Of a stretch of 64,000 bases of DNA, positions 27,001 to 38,250 are shown in pieces. A program made the position numbers and the translations under genes. Every line of letters begins with the position of its first letter. The first letter of the stretch is position 1. This stretch comes from Phoronis australis (lineage: Eukaryota > Animalia > Phoronida): the NCBI GenBank assembly GCA_002633005.1, contig NMRA01000457.1, forward strand, positions 38,145 through 102,144, written 5' to 3'. The notes under the pieces are model-generated. The model ran no database searches and was not told the origin of the DNA. It was given only the letters and a program-made list of their open reading frames with translations.

Positions 27001-30000
27001 CAAGAATTTTTCAATTGATCTCCGAGTGGCAAATTGAAAACTGTTGATTTGTCGATTGTTTGAAAAGTTCATTAATACAGGTTTTTGTCTATTTACGCGG
27101 TATAAAAGGACCTCAACGATACGCTGTGAACTTCGGATAACCAAAACGGATGACGAAGGATTTAAGACGAAAATTATGCAGGTGAACTAACGTTGTTTAC
27201 GTTTAATGCCATTATTTATTTTGGATGCAGCCCGGCACTCTGAAGGTTTTCAAGTCCTGACACCCAATGATAGGAAAATGAAATGTTTTTAAAAAGCCCC
27301 TATTTGGCCAGGTGTTCGCAACTCCGACAGAAAAGAAAGCTAGTTAGATCAAAACTGGTTTCAAGATTTATGATAACAGAAACCTCAACAGCATCGGAAC
27401 AGCAAAACTTTAGTGGCGGTAACCACTTTGTTTGCCTCCTTTCCAGAGGCACAGGCTTTTCGAACTAGTGTCAAACAGGCATGTGCTTCCAAATCACCGC
27501 AAATTTTGCTTGAAATCGCCGTTCGGAACCTCGTGTCATGAAAGTTTGAACTTTTAGCTTTCGAACTAATGGGGTTTAGGACTTGTGTTGATCTTTGAAT
27601 TTGAAGAGTTAAAAACCGCGAATTTATACCTTAGGTCATACCTTTCCTCATTTCTAGTTTTCATTTGAGGACATCTAGGTTTTACTACTTGTTGATTTCC
27701 TTTTAAACTCACTGTAGATTTTTAGCGACTTGGCCTTTCGTCGATCCACTGGACTTTGGCTGACTAGTATACCATTAGCATGCAGTATCTGACCCTGCGA
27801 ACAGTGACATGGTACGAAATTTGCTGCACTTACACTAATGACACCAGAGACAAAAGGCATGGTGCTGCTAAGCTATAAATCTCCTGGAAGTTACTTGTTT
27901 CGACTGTATGCGAGTTTGTTTAACGTAGAAAAGTAAAGTGAAACATCTACTAGCCAGTCATTCAGGCATCTCTTTTTTTCAGTAACACTCTTTCTCACCT
28001 GGTTTCGGCTCACATTCTCTCAAAAATCATAGTATTTAGCAAAAGACAGAGCTCATTGATAGTAAAACAGCGGTCAAAATAACAAGGTCGAATTTACTTA
28101 ATTGCTAAATTTTCCAGAAGTGATCTAGGAAATACTCTTCATGTTCTAAAATATGATCACTTCATTTTCGTTTTGTGAACTGCGTTTAAATATTCGTATT
28201 TCAATGCTTTACATAAATGTAAACAGCTATTTCTGAGATGAATTTAAATATTCAAACTGAGAGAGAAATATAGAGACTGTTTTAGGATCATACAGGACCT
28301 GAACAAGCAGCACCCTGACCTCGCTAAGACTGGAAGAGATCCTAAGATGTCGCCGATAACTGACACAAAATAAAACCGGAGACGGAAAGGTAAAAAAGAC
28401 ACGTAAGTTGCACTTCCGTGAGTGCACACGCTGTGAGATGCTCTCTTTCCAGCTACATGAAGGACGATAGTGCTGATTGAATCTTGTTATTGATAACATT
28501 TGGGTCTTGCATTTACAGCTCTCCACCGGTGACAATTGTGTGGTTTCCAGATTATTGTAATAGTTCTTAAAGGTTGACTGTAGTTTTGTTGTACTCTGGG
28601 TTGTACTCAAGTATTAGTGTTTGGATGTGATGACGCACATGTACTTCAAATGAATAGATCTCTATACATCCATCAAATCTATTACACTAGACATTTGTTA
28701 CAGGTCTTGATGGTACAATTGTGCAGACGCTAGCGCTCTTTCTAATCCCGACTGACAATTGCACTAACACATTAATACAAGCCCTAACATACTAAAACAA
28801 CGGCATGACTGAACCCAAATTACGTTCAAGACCCCAAAATGCATGCTGAATTGTGTTAATTGAATTCTTTTGCAGATTTCACAAGCAGAAGCAGTATTGA
28901 AAACAATTGATTTGTCGACTGTTTGTAAATTTTATTAATACACGTTTTTATCTATTTACACGCCAAATTAGAATTTTTTGAAAATGTCCTGTCAAGCCAA
29001 AGGTTCACAAATCCGACTGAAAGGAATGCTAGTTAGTTCGACAATCTATGAGACCAGAAATTAGTGATGCAAAGTCATTGACAGGGGAGCAGCACACTTT
29101 TAGTACCAGGAAATTAAGAATGTAAATAAAAGCAACAGCTCACGGACCATTGCCAAACTTTTTGGATCCTTTCGAGAGGCTTTGGCTCTTCCATGAAGTA
29201 GATCACTTTTGAATGACTATTTAGTCGTCTGTGTACTATCTCCTGCATATATCAATCATAATTTGTATGACCATGATCTTGTTCTGTTCTTCCTCTCAGT
29301 TGACGGTCTTTTAAAACTTCTTGCAGTATGTGGACACTATGGTTTACCACATGAACTTGAATATCATTATCAAGGGGTACAGTTATGCACGTGTTTTAAA
29401 AGTTAATTGTTAGGTACTTCTCTCACTATGGTGAACCTTTAAAGGCTGTGCATTAGATGGAACATTTGGTGATACCATATTGTGGATGACTGTGACATCT
29501 CGCGGTAACGGAGAAAATTAAATTTTCAAGCCTTCTGAGTAATTAGAAAATACCATATGTGTAGTCTCCCTGTCAAGAAGCAGTTGCTTATCTCTTTCTG
29601 TGTTCCAATGCATAGCACGCGCCGACTGGTGGAATTTTGACATGTTCAATATCTCATATCTTTATGTGTTCAAGTGTTTTATAACTTTTTATGAATTTGA
29701 AGGTACTCTGTGTACTATTGTGAGGTTCATTATTGTAAATCGACCCTAGGACAACGGATTTACCTGTTTTGATGTTACCTGAATGAAATTTCCAATGTCA
29801 TTGCCTGTGGTATGAATAAATCCGATCTCAAGTTTCCTTCTACATTCCGCACACGTGATCGTGCAGTTTGTAATAGGGTTTTTATTTTAAAATAGTGTTA
29901 ATATTGGTTAACTTTTGTTCAATCTATCACAATGTTAATTTTAAGCGTGAGTTTTACACGGTCAAATTTTGATGTTGTTTACATGTACTCAAAATATATC

Positions 30001-30464
30001 TGCAATAAAAATTAACGTATCCCATCATACCCACATGTTTCTATCGAGTATGGGTTCATGTAGGAACAAAGCATGCATGTGGTGGACTGAACGTTGTGGG
30101 TTCAACACGAGGTGATTGCCGTCAAAACCTTCGAACTGTGCGTTGGCTACAAAATAAATGTCACATGAAAGATATTCCACTGGACGACATCAATAACACG
30201 TTTCTGTACACAGTTATCTAAAACATTAACGGAACAGAGATGTCATTGCTTAATATACATAGCAGGATATCGGGCAACAGACACTGCAAAGTACTATTCT
30301 ATTTTGAAGTGTGCCTATGGTATGAATGAATCCGATATCACAATTACTTCTAAAATACGTACATTGTCGAGTAAGTCATTGGGTCCATACAACGAGCAGT
30401 CGTGCAGTAATACTGCTTTTATTTTGAAATAGATTTAATATTAGTTAACTTTTGTTAAATCTCT

Positions 30465-30494
30465 CACTATGCCTTATTTTAGGCGTGGCCCATT

Positions 30495-30529
<35 letters not shown>

Positions 30530-31406
30530 TTACCGTATCTCAGCACTTCAATTTCAGTTCAGAGATAATAGTTTTCATCTTAAATCTTCTTATTCTTCAC
30601 CTTATAAACCCGCCGTATCACTGTATGTTACGGCAGCCACTCTACTTCTACAATTCCTGGCAACAGGCGCATTGTAATCCCTTGTCGGCGAGTCGTAACA
30701 AGCGTCGAAAGCAGTGGTGGGAAAAGTCGTGTGAGAAGTTTGTGCTCCCCTTATTTCGGTATGTGTGCCTACTTTTTGTAGGGTTTCCAAAAGACGAGGA
30801 GGGGAGGGAAGTTAAAAAAGTTCGCTTTCCTGTCGGGTACATTTCTCATCATAACTTAGTCATCTATAATTCCTCAATCCCCAAATGGAATTCCAGACTT
30901 TGCCGATTTCTAAGTAGACGTCTCGTCCCGTTCACTGCCACTGGTGAACTCTGAATGTCTGCACAAGTATTTTTTTAACTCACGTGCCAAATGTCAACTC
31001 ACTTGTTACATCCCGGTTACGAAGATATAGTATCAAAGTTTGACATCAGCGTAGGCCTACACAGCAATGGGTTTTGTGTGAAGACTAAATTAGCNGGCCT
31101 ACACAGCAATGGGTTTTATGTCAAGACTAAATTAGCAACAGAAATGTGATGTGATGTGATAAGCTGTTACAAATTTCAGACATTTTCGGGACTGGGTGAG
31201 GAAGTCGAGATGTAAAGCTTGATAATTGCCAAATGTATCAAAGAATTGGCATAAGAATATTTATTGAAACTAAAAAATGAATAACAGTTACAGAACACTC
31301 AGAATTCCACGTTATAGACATACTCTTGAAGTTGTAGCGACAGCAGACGATAATGTAGGCCTAGTTCTTGGGGTGGTCTATTCCAATAGAGAGCGATGAA
31401 TCAGCG
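30465..31406. repeat. Partial copy of the same family preceded by (GCAACG)n; forms a large inverted repeat with 31645-32483
   Basis: (GCAACG)5 at ~30495-30530, then sequence matching 5428-6215 and the reverse complement of 31645-32483. Confidence 0.7.
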
Positions 31407-33017
31407 TACTCAGACTCATACTCATACTCGAGATTTCATACTCAAAATCGTGCTCACTGGAGTCGTACTCAAAAAAGCGTATCTAATGTCTTATTTCAAG
31501 TAGACTCCAAACGTACTCAAATCTGACACTCATACTCGAGTTGCTATGGAACTCTTTTTGATGTGAAGTGCAAAATCACGCAAAGCCGCGCTGATTCATC
31601 GCTCCGTATTGGAATAGACCACCCTAAGAACTAGGCCTACATTAACTGATTCATCGCTCCCTATTGGAATAGACCACCCCAAGAACTAGGCCTACATTAT
31701 CGTCTGCTGTCGCTACAACTACCATAGTATGTCTATAACGTGGAATTCTGAGTGTTCTGTAACTGTTATTCATTTTTTAGTTTCAATAAATATTCTTATG
31801 TCATTTCTTTGATACATTTGGCAATTATTAAGCTTTACTTCTTGAGTTACTCACCCAGTCCCGAAAATGTCTTAAGAAATATGTAACAGCTTATCACATC
31901 ACATCTCTGTTGCTAATTTAGTCTTGACATAAAACCCATTGCTGTGTAGGCCTACGCTGATGTCAAACGTTGGTACTGTATCTTTGTATTTTACCGGAAT
32001 GTATCAAGTGAGTTAACATTTGGCACATGAGTTAAAAAACAATACTTGTGCAGGCATTCAGAGTTCACCAGTGGCAGTGAACGGGATGAGACGTCTACTT
32101 AGAAATCGGCAAACAAAATCTGGAATTCCATTTGGGGATTAAGGAATTATAGATGACTAAGTTATGATGAGAAATGTACCTGACAGGGAAGCGAACTGTT
32201 TTTAACTTCCATCCCCTCCTCGTCTTTTGGAAACCCTACAAAACGTAGGCACACATACCGAAATAAGGGCAGCACAAACTTCTCAAACGACTTTTCCCAC
32301 AACTGCTTTCGACGCTTGTTATGACTCGCCGACAAGGGATTACAATGCGCCTGTTGCCAGGAATTGTAGAGGTACGGGCGGCCATAAAATACAGTGATAC
32401 GGCGGGTTAATAAGGTGAAGAATAAGAAGATTTTAGATGAAAACTATTATCTCTGAACTGAAATTGAAGTGCTGAGATACAGTAAGAGGACTTATTTTTT
32501 TAGATTTGCTGTGTTTCTTGGTTCCCTTCGATATTTTGTTCTCTGACTCGTATTTATTTTCGAGTACGATTTCAAGCACACTGCCATACCAAACTTGAAA
32601 TTTGAGAGAAGAATAAGAAGATTTAAGATGAAAATTATTATCTCTGAACTGAAATTGACGTGCTGAGATACGGTAAGAGGACTAATTTTTTTAGATTTGC
32701 TGTGTTTCTTGGTTCCCTTTCGATATTTTGTTCTCTGCCTCGTATTTATTTTCGAGTACGATTTCAAGCACACTGCCATAGCAAACTTGAAATTTGAGCA
32801 TAGACTCCGATTTTTTACTCAAAATCGTACTCGAAATATAGATGAGATACACTTCATTTCGAGTACACTCGAAAACTGAGTACGTGCTCGAAATTTCGAG
32901 TACAGATTTTTCGAGTATGACATTGAATACACCAAAGCTGAGTCTGTACTCGAGTTGAGTGTGAAGTGTGAGTTTGAGCATGATTCGAGTCTGAGTACGG
33001 AGATTGGAGACCGGGCC
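31407..33017. mobile_element. Harbinger-type non-autonomous element (GGCCCGGTCTCCAATCTCCGTACTCA TIR family), left ~20 bp missing
   Basis: Starts TACTCAGACTCATACTCATACTCGAG and ends GAGTACGGAGATTGGAGACCGGGCC|CAG; internal ~185-bp duplication at ~32430-32790. Confidence 0.65.
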
Positions 33018-33089
33018 CAGGTTTAATATGTTAGTACAGATCTAAAGAATATAGGCTCCGTTGGTGATATGAAAACTGACTTAGACCAG

Positions 33090-33234
33090 GGCCCGGTCTC
33101 CAATCTCCGTACTCAGACTCATACTCATACTCGAGATTTCATACTCAAAATCGTGCTCACTGNTACTCGAGTTGAGTATGAAGTGTGAGTTTGAGCATGA
33201 TTCGAGTCTGAGTACGGAGATTGGAGACCGGGCC
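33090..33234. mobile_element. Two Harbinger-type TIR ends flanked by CAG TSD, joined at a single n
   Basis: CAG|GGCCCGGTCTCCAATCTCCGTACTCAGACTC ... GAGTCTGAGTACGGAGATTGGAGACCGGGCC|CAG. The n at 33163 suggests a collapsed interior. Confidence 0.7.
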
Positions 33235-33716
33235 CAGGCGATCGCCAACATTTCATCTCACTGACAGCACTGTACGCCGATCCATTTTCTGAACACAAGA
33301 GACGTGGAAAAATTTTCGAGAAACAACATGAAATTTGGATCAGCAACCTCTGAGTACTCCTGGTAGTCACCTAGGCTATCGGCAAATCCGATGACAAAAT
33401 GAATTCAGCCACAAACTTGACTTCAAAATGAGCTATGCGCTCAAATAGTGGCTTCCGGACGATCGTTAACATAGGCCTGAACGGGGTAACCTTCAAACTT
33501 CAAGAGACGTGAAAAAATTTTCACCATTGGCGCTGATATTTGGCGGTAACATGTCTTAACATACACTCTATGTGACAGGCTATCGGCAAATTGTGTAGTT
33601 ACCTCCCCTTGCTTATAAATTCCTGATTTTTGCCTGCTCTTGTGTATTTCTTATGGAGGGCTGCTGGCAAGATTTAGCGCATGCGCAGTAGTGCATGTTA
33701 CAAATTTCTGGCGTTG

Positions 33717-33958
33717 CCTAAACCGTTCGCAGGATCTTTACGAAATTGTGTAAGTATATTTATATGATGTTAACAACGGAAGATGACGACTTTTGGACGG
33801 ATCCGACTACTGGTGTGCCCCCTAGTGGCAATTTTAATTTTTTTACGCTTACCTTTGTATCTTCACAAGTCCTTATTGGATTATCATGAAATTTGGTATG
33901 TAGGCACCTATTAGTGAGATGACGCTATCCTCCCGTTTTCAGATGGATTCGACATAGT
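33717..33958 (+). repeat. Internal fragment of the HINE-like element
   Basis: Near-identical to ~23120-23330 and 22850-22905. Confidence 0.75.
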
Positions 33959-34109
33959 TACTGGTTCCTTCTGTGAAATATTTATTTGTAGAGCTGTGAC
34001 CCTGAAATTCCCAATACAACTTAAAATATTTATTATGCTTGTTGTTTTAGTTGTCCCCAATAATGAACTTGATAGAATGTTGCAGAGAAATATAAAAGAT
34101 ATAATTTAA

Positions 34110-34860
34110 GAAGTCTTTGTGTTTAATCCATTGTATTCAATTGTGTTGAGCTTATCTATCCAAAACTGTGCTCTTTTGAGTCTTTGAAGGGTACTGAAGT
34201 ATTGGAGTTTTTCTATTATTTATAAGGAAAGATCTTGTAGATTATGGCTTTTGGAATTTAAATGCTTACCTATAGTATCAGAAATGTTTTTTATGTATTA
34301 TGCTCAATCTATGATTGCGAAACCGAATTTGTAGATTACGTTAAATTTGTCATACGTATTGGATGTTATTAGGCGAATGATGTTGTTGGTGGTGCAGTCA
34401 GAATAATGTTTTATTTCGAAGTTTTCATTGGTTTGAGAAGACCAAAGGAAGTATTGTCGTTGATAAAGTTCCACATTTTGCATCTCGATTTGTTACATTG
34501 TGTGTTGCCAATAGGTTTGTCAGTTTGATTTTTATGGTCCATATTTGCTCTAACTAAATATTGTTTTCAGACTTTTACATTTTCTCCAAGAAATTATAGG
34601 TGGATGAGAAAAGAGTTTTTCTGAAGGCTAATTCCGTTTAAAAATGGATTGAACATGGTTATGAAAGGTATTCTATTATTAGTATTGAGGTCTTTCGTTT
34701 TAGTTCTTAAAGATTCATTTCTTGTCATTGAGTGGACTTTGTCAAACTTTTTTTTATAAGATGTAAGGGGAAAAGACGTTGAAATAAGTAATGCTTGAGT
34801 TCTTTTAACGAGCATTCAACTTTTTAACGTTTCCTGAAAAAAGTTAATTAACAACACTAT
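34110..34860 (-). mobile_element. Penelope-like retroelement remnant (post-RT linker + GIY-YIG endonuclease)
   Basis: Minus-strand fragments read NNRIPFITMFNPFL, LKQYLVRAN, QCNKSRCK, DCTTNNII.LIT, RNLQIRFRNHR, IGKHLNSKSHNLQDL, QFWIDKLNTIEYNGLN, the typical Penelope C-terminus; frameshifted. Confidence 0.75.
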
Positions 34861-37285
34861 TTGATATTGCAGTTACCGAGGAATCGTTGCCTGAGTTGTA
34901 GAGCATTTAATATTTAGCAATTGAAAACTGAGACAGAAGTATGAAATAATTAACAGCTTTGTTCCAGATGTCACGTTTGGGACCTAATTACATGTTGAAT
35001 GTTATACCGCTGGAATTGTATTAGTTTAACCTATTTTTGGAAAGTTTGATGATCGAACCGGCTAACGACATCGACTCCACATTGACCTACTTTTTAAACT
35101 TTCCATGTTAGAGGGCACCATTGAAGTATGGCGGGAGGGGAACACGGAAAACAATACCACGTGGCCGTATTGCACTAGACTGATCCAACGCGTATGCGAT
35201 AAAGCTACAAATTATGCGAAATGTAAAATACAATATTCGTAAGTTTGCGTTTTGTTAGTCTTTAAACCACCCGAAGAATGTAATTAGTGCAAATACCCTC
35301 CGTTTGATCATTATTTTTACAACCCGCAGAAAGCCTCAGAAAGTTGATATACTACATATAAGAGCCGATCATCTCTGGTGTACAAGTATTTCAAAACATT
35401 CATGGATAACCATTTCTGCATATTTTTATCAACTGATTGATACTACTCACTTTTATACTAAGAGCCGTTTTGTTCAAATGGTTGTCGTATGCTTATCTAA
35501 ACAACCGCGGAAGTCCTTGCAAAGTGTGTGTGAGAAATAGGAATTTTCACCAGTGCTCAAACGCTGACTTTAATTAAAACTGATGTGACTACTGCCCAGT
35601 ACATGTATTTGCGACATCAACGCATGATCATGATGCTCGTCGGTCTCCAAGTTTCAGGTAGTCTATCAGCACAAAGTAATTCCGTGGGGTTGACAGTAAA
35701 ATCGTTCTTCGGGTTAGTGCAAGGCAATCCATCGACGGCGAATGATCATTTTTAGGCCGACGACCCAATGGAAGCACTAGTTATGGGTCACTTACCACCT
35801 AGATGGCGCCCCGATGCAGTCGCAAAAACGATACCATTTTTGAATTAATGGCTAAGTGTTTGAAAAGTTTCGAGAATTTAATGAACTTGTAACAGTCAAA
35901 ACAAGACTTGAAATGAAGAGTTTGGGAACCGATGGTGGTTTCGAGTATGCACCGCGGTAGTTTGAGAATTCTATCGAGAATAAAGGAGTTAGGCGTTTTA
36001 TTCACCACAACAAAACAGAGTTGCCGAAATGACTAATAGAACGAGTTGGTAGGGGCAAGATCCATGGATTTTAATGTTGATCTTTGCAAACCGTGCGGGA
36101 GTGAAGGATATCAAGTTTCAACCCGGACAGGAGCATTTGGTATGTCGTATGACGAAGTCGCCCTATAGACCTTATTCACGCGGCGGACATTAAAATCCAA
36201 AGCGAGGCTCACTGCGATAAACAAAGCTGAAGTTGAATTGCGTGAGTTAAATGGCCGGTCTTTCGAGTCCAACCTGGATATTAAATCTTAAAAATGTGTC
36301 GATAATTAACCTCAGAGACGTAGAAAAATACATTAGAGAAAAAGTCAATGCATCAAAAAGTTGTCTGACGAAAGGGTATAATTTTTTTCGGAAAACTAGG
36401 TTCGAAACATGAAAAGTAGACATGACCAAACTACGGCGATCGTAGTGTTACGGATTAGGTACTATGTTGAATGCAGGGTTACGTTTCTTCTTGTAAATTG
36501 TTGATAAAAATGCTTTCTTCAAGTCACCTGCTTGTATTGTTGACGAGTTGAAGATATATTCGACAGTGGTGGCTTATAGCATTTTGCTGTCATGTGCAAT
36601 TAGTCACATCAGGTTTAATTTGTTTATCAAGAATATTACCATCAAGCATAGCCTGTTCCTGGTGAGGTAGAGACTACCGGGACTAACAGTTGATTTGTCA
36701 TTCATCTGATGTTATTAAATATATTTTTATTTAAATAAAAAACAGGCTCGTAAACAACAAGTTGGGAAGTTTACGCCCGTAGCCAGTATCGTACACGAGT
36801 GATTAACTCCATTCTGGCATTTATGGTTGGAGGGCCTGCGCTCTTTTGTTCGATAATTGCTCTAATCTCCGATCAGAGCGTATCTAGCCTTACTGGGCTG
36901 GGCTGATAAAAATGAATGTTAAGTTATACCTTATTTGAGCTTAAACCAATAGCATTTCTGAATTCTTCGTCAAATGCTGATCACGTTCCGTTTTTGAATC
37001 ACCAAAATCGCCCAAGTACAACAGAAGTTAAGACAATCTATTCTGTCCGGATTACCAGCGCACTGGGTTTGACTGTGTTCATACGCGTTCGGTAATAGCG
37101 TGCAACCACCATACGTTTCCTTTGAAGCCTGGGAGATAATTGGCCTGATTGTTATCTTACGGGACAAAAGACTGCGCTGGGCAGTTAACAAAAGAGCCGG
37201 ATGTTATCGCACGTTCAGCACCCCTTCACGTCTGGAAAAGTTACTGAACGACAGAACGCTGTAATGATTTGTTTCGGTTGGCAAA

Positions 37286-37758
37286 GGCTTCCGATAATTT
37301 TATTAATTAGTCGTGCCATACTCCGGAAGTGACTTTTAGGGGGTTAAGAATTTCCTTCCATTTCGTTTTCATAAATTCTGACTGTGTGTCCTGTCGAGTC
37401 AGTCATGGCTTTACCTTGGTTGTGATAAGTTCGGTAGTCGTTTTCGTTTGTTAACGAACCAGTCAACACGCCACACGGTTGGTGCGTACTGGGGTGTACT
37501 CATCATCGCTCGCACACTTTGGGTATGCCATTACACCGCTTTCCGAAAGATGACAGGCTCTGCCGTACTTGGCCCGTTCGTAGAATATTTATCGATGGGA
37601 AGTGGTGACGACAATTTTAGGAGACCAACACAAAAAACAGTAGAACAGATCCTCCCAGTAACTCGAACGTACTAGAAACTAAATGGCGGTAAATTCTTAA
37701 CCCCCTAAACGTCACTTGCGGAGTAGTGCACGACTAATTAACAAAATTACGAAGAGCC
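37286..37758. mobile_element. MITE with ~65-bp imperfect terminal inverted repeats
   Basis: ataattttattaattagtcgtgccatactccggaagtgacttttagggggttaagaattt (37295-37352) versus aaattcttaaccccctaaacgtcacttgcggagtagtgcacgactaattaacaaaatta (37691-37749). Confidence 0.7.
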
Positions 37759-38250
37759 GTAATTAACTGAAGCATATGCTTGGTTTAATCAACGAACCGT
37801 ATTTTTACTACAAATAACACGAAAAAAGGTTGCCTTCCCCTTTAAATGCGCGTGTTACGTCTAGGATGGAATAATAACGCGGGGCGCTATGGGCCAGCTT
37901 GGCGAACAAATCTTGCGTATTCCGTACAAATAAGGAGGGTCGCTTCGTTTCACAACAATAAGACTAAGCGCTTTTGATGGACGAGAGTCCAAGGTTATTG
38001 GCACTTGGATGTCCTCCAAAAGGTATACGGATGCTTGATTGCAATCGTTTAAGACATCAGGAAGGTTTGAGTGGGAGGTGCTCGAAATTTACCTATCGCC
38101 AGGATTACGACTGACGGCTTAACTGACCAATCAGAACACAGCATTCTTGACACACCTTCGTCTGCTTTTCTAAGCCGCCATTTTACCCGACAAAGAGTAC
38201 GTTGGCGTGTATAGTTTATTTTAGTTTATACATCAAGAAATTTTGGCTTC

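Larger units (their letters stand above)
7140..29200. repeat. Degenerate tandem array (macrosatellite/segmental tandem duplication), ~1.9 kb unit, roughly 8-10 full or partial copies
   Basis: Motifs recur in the same order. GTCATACAGGATC-type at ~10880, 14960, 17200, 19930, 21115, 24580, 26390, 28287. GTGATGACGCAC-type at 11172, 15310, 21450, 24934, 26701, 28627. CGGATAACCAA-type at 8638, 11618, 16859, 25219, 27135. GGACTTTGGCTGACTAGT-type at 9348, 14397, 19465, 20568, 25879, 27751. Spacing in the cleanest part is 1.8-1.9 kb. Confidence 0.9.

Noticed and set aside
7140-29200. Recurrent short ORFs in the array (e.g. minus-strand CPETRCETVYMNKDRCLNDWL; plus-strand QQNFSGG...HCSEPR) as a repetitive protein gene
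   Set aside because: Similarity is explained by DNA repetition; frames shift and stop differently in each copy and no domain is recognisable.
7140-29200. CRISPR-like repeat-spacer array
   Set aside because: Sequence between conserved motifs is homologous between units rather than unique spacers; eukaryotic context, no cas genes.
29220-29800. Possible second Penelope remnant on the minus strand (SSCGKP*CPH)
   Set aside because: Too decayed; only one or two weak motifs.
30469-30954. 161-aa ORF with ATATAT run, and the similar ORF 5532-5867
   Set aside because: Lies within a non-autonomous repeat and the (GCAACG)n microsatellite; frame not preserved between copies.
31054-31136. Short tandem duplication around n at 31095
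   Set aside because: Typical overlapping contig ends at a scaffold join; likely artefact.
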